Assembly: GCA_035650735.1 (NCBI GenBank)
Contig: DASRGZ010000224.1
Span: forward strand, 62,001-108,351
DNA from: Chthonomonadaceae bacterium
GTDB lineage: Bacteria > Armatimonadota > Chthonomonadetes > Chthonomonadales > Chthonomonadaceae
DNA length: 46,351 nucleotides
Direction: 5' to 3'
The notes beneath the pieces are model-generated. The model was given only the letters and a program-made list of their open reading frames with translations. It did no database searches and was not told where the DNA came from. The stretch's first letter is position 1, and every line of letters starts with the position of its first letter. Made by a program: the position numbers and the translations under genes. Positions 8,147-16,920 of this stretch are shown here, piece by piece.

Positions 8147-10966
8147 ATGAGCGACCGCGATACTCTGCTACAATTTATTGCTGCCCATTATGACCTGGAG
8201 GGCCAGGCGCACCTGGCGCGCGCCGTCGGCGTGGAGAAGCTGTCGGGCGACGATCCCCGCGCGCGCGCCGAAGCGCTCTTGCTCTCGGTAGAGCGCGAAG
8301 GGATGGCCTTTGCCCTGCTGGCCCGATTGGAACGGGACTTCCCGCAGGAGTTGCCGTCCGTGGAATGGGCCGGTGCCACCGCCGGACGCGCCAATGCTCC
8401 CGGCGTGGCGGTCGTCCATGCGGCCAACGCTCCCGTCACACCGGCCCAGGAGAGCGCCGAGGAGGCAAGCGCCCCACAGCCCAGAGTGGACACGAGCCGG
8501 ATTCAGGCGCCGCTGTTGACCCTGCGCGACGGTGTGGAGGAGCTCGAAGCCGCCCGCCGTGGCCCCGTTGCGCTGACGCCGGAGGCGGCGGTCGCCCTGA
8601 ACACGCCTCAACCGGACACCCCCACAGCACTGCCTGCTGACGTGATGGATAGGCTGGAGGAGATGGCCCCGCCGCCTCCAACGGACGAATCCGGCCAGGC
8701 GATGCATAAACCGCAACTGCCCTTCCGGTTTGTTCACGGCTACACGCTGCCCACGCACTGGGCCCGCCGCGATCAAGAGATATCCGAACTGGTCGCCGAG
8801 ATCCATGAGAACCGGCATCGCATCCTGTCGATGGTCGCCATCGGCGGTACCGGCAAGTCCGCCCTGACCCGCAAGCTGCTCGACGAGCTTCCCAAATACA
8901 ACGTGCGCGTGGACGGCGCGCTCTGGTTCAGCTTCTATGTGGAGCCGGAGTTCGACCGCTTCCTGACCGAAGCCTGCCGCTACCTTATTCCCGACTTCGA
9001 TCCGGTCGCGCATCCCTCTCCCTACGAAAAGGGCGTGCTGCTGCGCGAGGCGATGGAGAAAGGGCACTATCTGCTGGTCCTCGACGGCATTGAAGTCCTG
9101 CTGGTCTCCGACCGCAACCGCAAGGACTTCGGCGCGTTCGTGGATCGCGCCCTGCGCGAGTTCCTGGAAGGCGTGTGCGAGGGCGCCAACAGCCAGGTGC
9201 TGACCTCCTCTCGTTGGCCGCTGGCCGACCTGGTGAACAAGTCGGGCTATAAGATGATCGAGCTAGCCGACCTGACGCCGCAGGCGGCGGAGGAGCTGCT
9301 GATCTCGTTCGGCATCTCCGGCCAGGGGGAGGATCGGGGGCGCATCTGCGCGCGGTTCGGCAGCCACGCGCTGACGCTGCAAGTCCTGGCCGATTACCTG
9401 ACCCGGTTCCACGAGGGCGACCCGAAAGGCATCGCCCAGATCCGAGAGTTTCCTCCGGATGCGGCGCAGGGCATTCGCCTGCAAGCGGCCCTGGATGCCT
9501 ACTGGCAGCGCCTTAATCCCGATGAGCGCTTCTTCCTGACGCGTATGTCGGCGTTCCGGGGCGGCGTGGACGAGCGCTCGTTCCTGGTGCTCAACAAGAA
9601 AGGCGACGCCTTCAGCCCAGAGTTTCGCGCGATGGTGACGCGCATCATCAAGAGCCCGCTCGTCAGCGTGGAACGGCGGGAGGGCCGTCCTCGCCTAACC
9701 GCCCACCCGCTCATCAAGACCTTCTTCTACGAGCGCATGGGCGATGACGAGCGCGACCAGACCCACCGCGCCCTGAAGGACTACTCCCAGGGCCTTCCCC
9801 TGCCCGACCGCCCGCGCACGCTCGCCGATTATGAGCCGCTGCTGGAGGCGTGCCATCACTGCCTGCAAGTCGGCCTCTACACCGAGGCCTACCATATCTA
9901 CCGGCGCAACAACATGGATAACGCGCTGCGCTGGTGGGGCCACTACGCGCAGGCGGTGGCGCTGCTGGAGCCACTGCGCGCCGCCAGCCAGGGCGATACC
10001 CCGGCCTGGCAGAGCGAACGCTGGCAGAAAAGCTGGGTGGAGAACGAGACAGCGCTGCTGGCCATGCTGCGCGGCGATACCGAGACCGCCATCGAGCGCT
10101 TCCGCAACAGCGCCGCGATGGACGAGCAGGCCGGCGACGCGCAGGGCGAGTCGGCCTCCTGGCAGAACCTGGCCAGCGTGCTGACCCAGCGCGGCGATTA
10201 CTGGGAGGCTCTGGCGGCCCTGGAAAAATCGGAGGCCAAAGAGGCGCTGATCGAGCGCTTTGAGAAGGAGGACATGCTGGCGGGGCTAGCCGGCGTCTGT
10301 CATGCGGAACTGGGGCAGGCGCAGGCGGCGCTGGAATATCTCTCGCGCGCCCTGGGCATCAGCGCACAGCGCCCGAATGCGCGCGCGATGTGCTACTGGA
10401 CATGGCGCCTGGGTGACCTCTACCTGCGCGTGCGCCAGATGGATCGGGCGAAAGCCAATCATGGCGAGGCCCTCCAGATCGCTCAGAAGGAGCAGTTCCG
10501 GGATTATGAGGGGCACGCGCTGCGGGGCTTGGGCGATATCTATCGCTCGCGCCAGGACTTCGGCAAGGCCCGTACCTACTACACGGATGCGCTGCGGGTG
10601 GCGCGCACGCTGGGCTATCCCTATCTGGAGAACGAGGTGCGCCTCGGGCTGGCGCGGCTGGCCGAGGCCGAAAAGACGCTGCGGGAGGCCCACATTCAGG
10701 CCCAACAGGTGGTAGACCGGGCGACCGAATGCGGCTACTTTGTCCAAGCGACCGAAGCGCACCTGATCCTGGCCCGCTGCGCGCGCGAGGAGAAAGAGCG
10801 GGAGGCGCTGGCCCGGCATATCCTGGCGGCCCACCAGTTGCTACAAAAGACGTGCCACTACTGGACGCGCCAGGAACTCGACGGCATCCTCGCCAAAGAG
10901 CCGACGATCCGGGAGGCCCTGGCCCAAACCAAAGCCCCCGCCGGTCATAAGGACGCCGGGCACTAA
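8147..10966 (+). CDS. STAND-type P-loop NTPase with C-terminal TPR repeats and a small N-terminal helical domain
   Basis: Walker A AIGGTGKS, Walker B LLVLDGIE, GSHALTL (GxPLAL-like), TPR-like repeats (ALRGLGDIY, ARTYYTDAL). Confidence 0.8.
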   Translation: MSDRDTLLQFIAAHYDLEGQAHLARAVGVEKLSGDDPRARAEALLLSVEREGMAFALLARLERDFPQELPSVEWAGATAGRANAPGVAVVHAANAPVTPAQESAEEASAPQPRVDTSRIQAPLLTLRDGVEELEAARRGPVALTPEAAVALNTPQPDTPTALPADVMDRLEEMAPPPPTDESGQAMHKPQLPFRFVHGYTLPTHWARRDQEISELVAEIHENRHRILSMVAIGGTGKSALTRKLLDELPKYNVRVDGALWFSFYVEPEFDRFLTEACRYLIPDFDPVAHPSPYEKGVLLREAMEKGHYLLVLDGIEVLLVSDRNRKDFGAFVDRALREFLEGVCEGANSQVLTSSRWPLADLVNKSGYKMIELADLTPQAAEELLISFGISGQGEDRGRICARFGSHALTLQVLADYLTRFHEGDPKGIAQIREFPPDAAQGIRLQAALDAYWQRLNPDERFFLTRMSAFRGGVDERSFLVLNKKGDAFSPEFRAMVTRIIKSPLVSVERREGRPRLTAHPLIKTFFYERMGDDERDQTHRALKDYSQGLPLPDRPRTLADYEPLLEACHHCLQVGLYTEAYHIYRRNNMDNALRWWGHYAQAVALLEPLRAASQGDTPAWQSERWQKSWVENETALLAMLRGDTETAIERFRNSAAMDEQAGDAQGESASWQNLASVLTQRGDYWEALAALEKSEAKEALIERFEKEDMLAGLAGVCHAELGQAQAALEYLSRALGISAQRPNARAMCYWTWRLGDLYLRVRQMDRAKANHGEALQIAQKEQFRDYEGHALRGLGDIYRSRQDFGKARTYYTDALRVARTLGYPYLENEVRLGLARLAEAEKTLREAHIQAQQVVDRATECGYFVQATEAHLILARCAREEKEREALARHILAAHQLLQKTCHYWTRQELDGILAKEPTIREALAQTKAPAGHKDAGH

Positions 10967-11004
10967 TACAGAAAAGCAAAGGGCATAAGTTGCCCGGCGT
11001 CCTC

Positions 11005-11763
11005 TCACGCGGACATGCCCCCATCTACGATCAGGTTGCTGCCGGTGACAAAGGCGGCCTCGTCGGAAGCCAGATAGAGGGCGGCGTAGGCCACGTCGTC
11101 CGGCTGACCGATACGCCCGATGGGCTGGCGCTCCTCAAAGGCTTTGCGCGCTGCCGCCGGGTCGGGCGCCGTGTTAATGCGCTCCCGCAGGGAGGGCGTC
11201 TCAATCGTGGCCGGGCTGATGGAGACGACCCGTATCTTCTCCCGGGCATGGTCGAGGGCGACGGCGCGGGTCAGGGCGACGACCCCGCCCTTGGCCGCCG
11301 AGTAGGCGGCCCGGTTGACGACGCCCATGATGCCGGCCACCGACGCCATATTGATAATGACGCCCCCGCCCTGCGCCCGCAGTATCGGCACGCCGTATTT
11401 GCAGCCGAGAAATACACTGGTCAGGGTGGTGGCGATCTGCTCTTCCCACTCCGCCTCGGTGGTCTCCTCAACGCGCCCCTGCGCCACCGTCCCCGCATTA
11501 TTAAACAGGATGTTGAGCTTTCCGAAGGCGTTCAGCGTCTCCTGGAACATCCGCTGCACCGCGTTCGCCTGGGACACGTCCGCCTGAATGGCAATCGCCC
11601 GTCCGCCATCGTCTGCGATCATCTCGACCGTTTCGCGCGCGGTCGCCTCGTTGCGATCCACGACCGCAACCGACGCTCCCTCCTGCGCAAACAGCAGGGC
11701 CGTCGCCCTGCCGATGCCCGCGCCCGCCCCGGTAATCAGCGCTACCTTGCCTGCCAGCCGCAT
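11005..11763 (-). CDS. Short-chain dehydrogenase/reductase (SDR)
   Basis: TGAGAGIG, NNAG, YSAAK, VDGG. Confidence 0.93.
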   Translation of the reverse strand: MRLAGKVALITGAGAGIGRATALLFAQEGASVAVVDRNEATARETVEMIADDGGRAIAIQADVSQANAVQRMFQETLNAFGKLNILFNNAGTVAQGRVEETTEAEWEEQIATTLTSVFLGCKYGVPILRAQGGGVIINMASVAGIMGVVNRAAYSAAKGGVVALTRAVALDHAREKIRVVSISPATIETPSLRERINTAPDPAAARKAFEERQPIGRIGQPDDVAYAALYLASDEAAFVTGSNLIVDGGMSA

Positions 11764-11773
11764 AGCTCTCCTC

Positions 11774-13276
11774 CTATTGTTGTGCGATGAGTTGGGTATA
11801 AAGGTCTTGCTGGCGGGAGAGCATTTCCGCGTAGCGGGCCTGGTGGCTCAGGTTGGGCGTGAAGGTCTGTCCCAGGCGCGCTTCCGCCTCCTCCGCGCGC
11901 GGCAGCAGGCCCGCCGCCTCCATCGCCAGCAGCGCCGCGCCACGACTGCTCGCCTCCGGCTCCGCCGCCAGCGTCACGGGTTGGCCGAGGGCATCGGCGA
12001 ACATCTGCGTCCAGGCGGGCGAGTGGCCGAGCGCGCCCCCGGAGGCGACGATCTGACGCGCCTGCGGGAAGAGGTCGCGCAGCCGTTGGGCCGCCAGCGC
12101 AAAGCGCATCGCCACCGCCTCCATCCCCGCCCGCAGAATTTCGAGGGGGCTGGCATCCAGGCGCAGGCCGGTAAGCGCCGCCTGCGCGTCCGGGTGCCAT
12201 CCCAGGCTGCGCTCTCCCGCTAAGAAGGGCAGAAAGATCAGGCCGTGCGCGCCGGGCTCCATCGCGGCCAATTGCGGCTCGAGCGCGTCGGCGGGAGGCA
12301 GTTGCAGCGTGCGCAGCATCCAGGCGTAGACGTTGCCGCCGTCGCTGAAGGCCGCGCCCATTAAAGGCCGGCGCGCATCCACCCGGTACCGCCAGAGGCC
12401 CGGCGGCGGCGTGAGGTTATTGGGCGCTCCCGGCGCGCGCTCATCCCAGAGGGCGCGGATCGCCCCGGAGGTGCCTAGATTGATGGCGAACCGCTCCGGC
12501 GACACGCATCCGCTGCCGACGTTGCCGCAGGCCCCATCGCCGACCGCTGGGAAAAAGGGCGCATCGCGCAGGGCGGGCCAGCGCTGCGCGTACTCGCCCT
12601 GCAACCCCTGCGCGCTCTGCTTCAGGTCTATGATGGAAGAGAGCTTTTCCTCCGGGACGCGGATCGCGGCCAACGTTTCCGCATCCCATGCGCAGGTCTG
12701 CTGGTTGAGCAGGCCCGTTCCCGAAGCCATCGAGATAGAAACCTGGCAGGCGTCCGGCCCGAACAGCGTACGGAACAAGTACTCGCTGGGAGAGACCCAG
12801 CGGGCAACTTGCGCATACGTCTGCGGCTGTGTCTGGCACAGCCAGACGAGCTTGGCTGGATAGTACGACGGATGTATCACACAGCCGGTTCGCGCATGGA
12901 TAGCCGGTTCGTCCAGCTCGGTCCGGAGGCGGCGGGCAACGTCGGCGGAGCGGGTATCGGCCCAGCTATAGATAGGCGTCAGCGGCTCGCCCTGCGCATC
13001 CAGCCCCAATAGCGCGTGCCAGAAGGCGGACATGCCGACCGCGTGGATAGCTTTCGCCCGGTCGCCCGCCTGCGTCAGCGCCTGATCCAGACACTCCCCG
13101 ACGTGGGCCAGCAGCTCCCCGGCAGGCATCTCCACGCCGCCGTCTGGGGTCGTGCGCATCGCATAAGGCACCTGAGCGCGCACGCCCTCGACCTCGCGGC
13201 CTGCGGTGTCCCATAGCAGCGCGCGCGTCGAGGAGGTGCCGATGTCCAGGGTCAACGCCAGCGGTTGCTCGGTCAT
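11774..13276 (-). CDS. FGGY carbohydrate kinase, gluconokinase-like
   Basis: LDIGTSSTRA, SWADTR, SMASGTGL, GDGACGNVGSG, NLGTSGA, PFLAGER; ATGA overlap with the HAD stop. Confidence 0.88.
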   Translation of the reverse strand: MTEQPLALTLDIGTSSTRALLWDTAGREVEGVRAQVPYAMRTTPDGGVEMPAGELLAHVGECLDQALTQAGDRAKAIHAVGMSAFWHALLGLDAQGEPLTPIYSWADTRSADVARRLRTELDEPAIHARTGCVIHPSYYPAKLVWLCQTQPQTYAQVARWVSPSEYLFRTLFGPDACQVSISMASGTGLLNQQTCAWDAETLAAIRVPEEKLSSIIDLKQSAQGLQGEYAQRWPALRDAPFFPAVGDGACGNVGSGCVSPERFAINLGTSGAIRALWDERAPGAPNNLTPPPGLWRYRVDARRPLMGAAFSDGGNVYAWMLRTLQLPPADALEPQLAAMEPGAHGLIFLPFLAGERSLGWHPDAQAALTGLRLDASPLEILRAGMEAVAMRFALAAQRLRDLFPQARQIVASGGALGHSPAWTQMFADALGQPVTLAAEPEASSRGAALLAMEAAGLLPRAEEAEARLGQTFTPNLSHQARYAEMLSRQQDLYTQLIAQQ

Positions 13277-13947
13277 GAGCGGCCTCTCTCCACTTCCGCG
13301 AGCAGGCGCGCCAGCGGCATCTCTGCCAGAGAAGAGAGGCGCAGGTCGGCCTGATCCAAGGGAAGCTGACAGGTGAGCGGGTTCGGAACGGCCACGCAGA
13401 AGAGCCCGGCCTGCTTTGCCGCCGCAATGCCGACCGGCGAGTCCTCCAGCGCGATGGCCTCGTATGGTTGCAGGCCGAGGGCGTCCAGGGCAGCCAGGTA
13501 GAGATCGGGGTCCGGTTTGGCGCGCTGGACATCCTCCACGCATTTCATGCATTCAAAGTGGGCCTGTAACCCGAGCTTTCCCAGGTGGCCGGAGACCCAT
13601 TCCCGGTCGGAACTGGAGGCCAGGCCGATCTTCAGGCCGAGGCGTTTGGCCTCCATCAGATAGTCTTCCACGCCGGGCAGGATCGTTTGCGCCGCGATCA
13701 GCTCGGCGTAGCGCTGGCGGCGCTTCTCCCGGATCGCCGCGCGGTCCAGCGCCCGCCCAAGCTGCGCCTCCAGATGGTCGTAGGGCGAGAAGGAGATCGA
13801 CTCGTTGCGCTTGCCGACCCCGGCGACCCAGTTGGAGAGGGGCAAGGTGCAGCCGTGCTCGGCGTATATCTCCTGCCAGGACTGGTACTCCGGGGCCTCG
13901 GTATCCAGAATCAGGCCGTCAAAGTCGAAAACGATGCCTCGTATCAA
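13273..13947 (-). CDS. HAD-superfamily phosphatase
   Basis: FDFDGLILDTE, KPDPDLY, EDSPVG. Confidence 0.92.
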   Translation of the reverse strand: MIRGIVFDFDGLILDTEAPEYQSWQEIYAEHGCTLPLSNWVAGVGKRNESISFSPYDHLEAQLGRALDRAAIREKRRQRYAELIAAQTILPGVEDYLMEAKRLGLKIGLASSSDREWVSGHLGKLGLQAHFECMKCVEDVQRAKPDPDLYLAALDALGLQPYEAIALEDSPVGIAAAKQAGLFCVAVPNPLTCQLPLDQADLRLSSLAEMPLARLLAEVERGRS

Positions 13948-16391
13948 AGCGTAATCTCCACCCGTTCCGGGGCCGGAAGTTGGACGCGCTCGCGGTCATC
14001 CACGCGCACGACGAAGCCCTCCGCGCGCCCCAGGAGGACGTCTATGAGATGGCCGCGCACGGGAATGCCCTCGGCGCGGAAGCTTTCCAGACCGAACGGC
14101 AGAGGATCGATGACCAGCGTTCCGCCCGGCCCCGGCTCCGGCTGCACGCCGACGACGTGCTTCAAGATCAGATCCACGATCCAGGAGTGCTGGTAGTCGT
14201 CCACGCCGCGATACAGGCAGGGCATCCCGGTATACGGATTATAGTGCTCGTAGCAGTTGGGCCGCTTCGGGTCGCCGTCGTGGAACAGCAGGCGCACGAA
14301 TTTGCCGATGAGCTCGGCGGCGGCAGGGCGCAGGCCGGGCGCGAGCGTGCGGGCGGCGCGGGCCAGCGCCTCGGCGGCATGGGAGTTGGTCATCGGCCAG
14401 ACGCGCCCATTCCAGGGGCAGTTGGTGCGCTTGCCCTTCCATTCCGCCTCGGCATCGAAATAGGGGTCGTCCACGCTGCTAGCCGGAACCGGATAGGGCG
14501 TGCCGAACGTGGCCGGGTTGTTCAGGTGCTCCCAGGCGGCTAGGTGCTCCTCGGTGGCGATGTCGCTCAGGAAGGGATAGAAGCCGACGGCGGCTTTATA
14601 GGGTGAGCGCCGCAGCGTCTGCGGATGGACATCCTTAAACAGATGCGCCTCTGGATCCCACATCAGCGCGCGCACGGCCTCGCGCGTCCTCGCGGCCTTC
14701 TCCTCCCACCATCGGGCGTCGTCGTCCTGGCCTAGAGCGCGAGCAAACACCGCCAGCGCACGCTGCAGCGAGTAGAGATAACAGGTCGCGTCCACGCCCT
14801 TTACCTGGATTCTGCGCCATCTGTCTGCCGATTCGTCTGCGAACAGGTAGCGGCTCATGTACTCCTGGCCGGTTTCGCCCTGGTCTATGACGTCGTAGAG
14901 GCCAACGCTCTCGCGGTCGCGTTCCCGGTCGAAATACTCGGTGTAGCGCACTAATCCAGGATACACCCGTCGTACAAAATGGCGATCGCCGGTCAGGTAG
15001 TAGACCTGTAGCGCTGCCGCGCCCCAGTCCGCGTGATAAAACCCCCGGTCGCGCCGCCAAAGATAGAGATGCCCCGGCAGGAAGCCATCCTCGGCAGCGC
15101 CCTCGCGCAGCACCTGGTTGGCGAGAAAATTCTCCAGCGCGCCCATCGCCAGGGCCGGATCGCGCCTCCAGGAGTTCTCGCGCATATGGCACGGCGCTGA
15201 ATAGGAGATATGCGAGCGAAACGCCCCGATGCCCTCAAAGACGCAGGAGTACGGCAGTTGGCCCCGCGTTTCGCTCTCCCCCGCTCCCGCAGCATGAAAG
15301 CGGCCCGTATCCCCTGCCCCCTCGTCGGCGGCGTGAGAGAGGGGAAACGCCGGGGCTTCCTCCTGGCTTCCCGCTGGCAGCCGCGCCGCCTCCATGTCCA
15401 CCGTGAGCAGGCGCAGGCCGTACCAGCGATACCAATAGCAGCGCTCCAGGTAGGGGTCGCTGCACTCAAAGTAGGGCACGGAGGCGAAATAGTCCTCCCA
15501 GTTCTGGCGGCTCTGCGCGACGACGTCGCCCGTCATATCCGCGCGCAGGTTCGCTAGGGCGGTCGCGCGATCCAGGGCCGGGGACGCCCCGAACGTGAGG
15601 ACATCCGAAGCGCCCGGCTGCGCCTCGGCGACGTAGTGCAGGGCCAGATGCAGCAGGCCGTTGGGATTCCAGCCGGACTCGGCCTGCATCTCCTGCGCCA
15701 GCCTGCCGCCGCGAAACTTCTCCGGGAAGACCGAGACCTGCCACAGCGGCGACGTGTCGGAGCCCTCCGCCAGGTTGACCGTCCACGAGTCGGGCAGGCG
15801 GCTGCCTCCCAGAGCGACGTAGAGGCAATGGGGAGCGGTTTCCGCCGTTCCCCGCCGTTCTCCCCAGCCGTAGACTTCGGCGGGCGTCTCGCCGGACGGC
15901 CCGTAGCGGACGCAGTGGGCGAAGCTGAGGGCGTCGAGGTCGCGCCGCACCTCCGCGACGGTCGTGGCAAACCCGTCCGGCGGCAGTTCGCGCTGCGCTT
16001 GCAGGCTCCAGAGCAGCAGATGCAGGTGGACAGGCTGCGTGCCGGAATTGCTAATCGTCAGGCGGCAGGCCAGGGTATCGTTGGGCGTGACGACGCGCTC
16101 CTCCTGGAGACGCAGGCCCGGCAGGCCCTCGACCGTGTATATCTGGGTCAGGCGGTCGGGCGTCCAGCGGCGCACGGCGCAGCGGAGCGTGAGCGGGCGG
16201 GCGCTCTCGTCCAGCGCGAGGACGCAAAACAGCCGCTCCAGGCGGATGTCGGCAAAGTACGCCTCATCCCAAAAGCCGGGCGTGTCCAGGTATTTCGGAA
16301 AGGCGGGAGCGTACATGGCCGCCTTTCCGCCGCCCAGATACCATTTGTCGGGGCGCTCCAGCAGGGCCAACGGATCGAGGCGCGTCCGCAT
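13944..16391 (-). CDS. Glycoside hydrolase with (alpha/alpha)6 fold (GH63/trehalase/amylo-alpha-1,6-glucosidase-like)
   Basis: GETGQE, VDATCY, WNGRVWP, YEHYNP motifs; located in a sugar operon. Start taken at MRTRLDP. Confidence 0.72.
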   Translation of the reverse strand: MRTRLDPLALLERPDKWYLGGGKAAMYAPAFPKYLDTPGFWDEAYFADIRLERLFCVLALDESARPLTLRCAVRRWTPDRLTQIYTVEGLPGLRLQEERVVTPNDTLACRLTISNSGTQPVHLHLLLWSLQAQRELPPDGFATTVAEVRRDLDALSFAHCVRYGPSGETPAEVYGWGERRGTAETAPHCLYVALGGSRLPDSWTVNLAEGSDTSPLWQVSVFPEKFRGGRLAQEMQAESGWNPNGLLHLALHYVAEAQPGASDVLTFGASPALDRATALANLRADMTGDVVAQSRQNWEDYFASVPYFECSDPYLERCYWYRWYGLRLLTVDMEAARLPAGSQEEAPAFPLSHAADEGAGDTGRFHAAGAGESETRGQLPYSCVFEGIGAFRSHISYSAPCHMRENSWRRDPALAMGALENFLANQVLREGAAEDGFLPGHLYLWRRDRGFYHADWGAAALQVYYLTGDRHFVRRVYPGLVRYTEYFDRERDRESVGLYDVIDQGETGQEYMSRYLFADESADRWRRIQVKGVDATCYLYSLQRALAVFARALGQDDDARWWEEKAARTREAVRALMWDPEAHLFKDVHPQTLRRSPYKAAVGFYPFLSDIATEEHLAAWEHLNNPATFGTPYPVPASSVDDPYFDAEAEWKGKRTNCPWNGRVWPMTNSHAAEALARAARTLAPGLRPAAAELIGKFVRLLFHDGDPKRPNCYEHYNPYTGMPCLYRGVDDYQHSWIVDLILKHVVGVQPEPGPGGTLVIDPLPFGLESFRAEGIPVRGHLIDVLLGRAEGFVVRVDDRERVQLPAPERVEITL

Positions 16392-16419
16392 CAGCGTCCG
16401 GCCTCCCAAAGGGATCGTC

Positions 16420-16899
16420 TCATCGCCAGGTTGGGGGGACATGGAACTCAGCGTCCCCGTAGAGGGTTTGGATGAAATTCGCCTGCCCCGCATGGTAAGC
16501 CATGTTACGATAGCCCATCAGGATCAGGTTCTCGCCGCGTATCTGGGCGCGCGGGTGTTGAAACTCGCGATTCAGGGCCGCATCTTCGAGGGTGCGGATA
16601 GCTTCGGCCAACTGGCGCGCGCTCGTCACCAACTGCTCCTGCGCGTCCTGCCCGTTGGCGAAATGAATGTCCGGCCAGCCGCCCGTCGGCCAGGCGACCG
16701 CCTCGCCGCGCAGCATCGCCGCATAAAGGCGGTTGACCGTCACGCACTCGCTAATCTGCTCCAGAATAGAGCGCGTGGGCGCGCTGCCCTCCATCGCGGG
16801 ATGCCAGACGAGCCTATCGTCCGGGGTGGTCGCCACGAAATGGGCCAGCGCCTCCGCCATGCGCTCGGTCTGCCGGGCCACGTAATCCTGGATGGTCAT
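16420..16899 (-). CDS. DinB/YfiT-like four-helix-bundle protein
   Basis: RSILEQISEC near the N-terminus and C-terminal YHAGQ motif; 159 aa. Confidence 0.75.
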   Translation of the reverse strand: MTIQDYVARQTERMAEALAHFVATTPDDRLVWHPAMEGSAPTRSILEQISECVTVNRLYAAMLRGEAVAWPTGGWPDIHFANGQDAQEQLVTSARQLAEAIRTLEDAALNREFQHPRAQIRGENLILMGYRNMAYHAGQANFIQTLYGDAEFHVPPTWR

Positions 16900-16920
16900 G
16901 CTGCTTCCCTTTCTGAAGGG

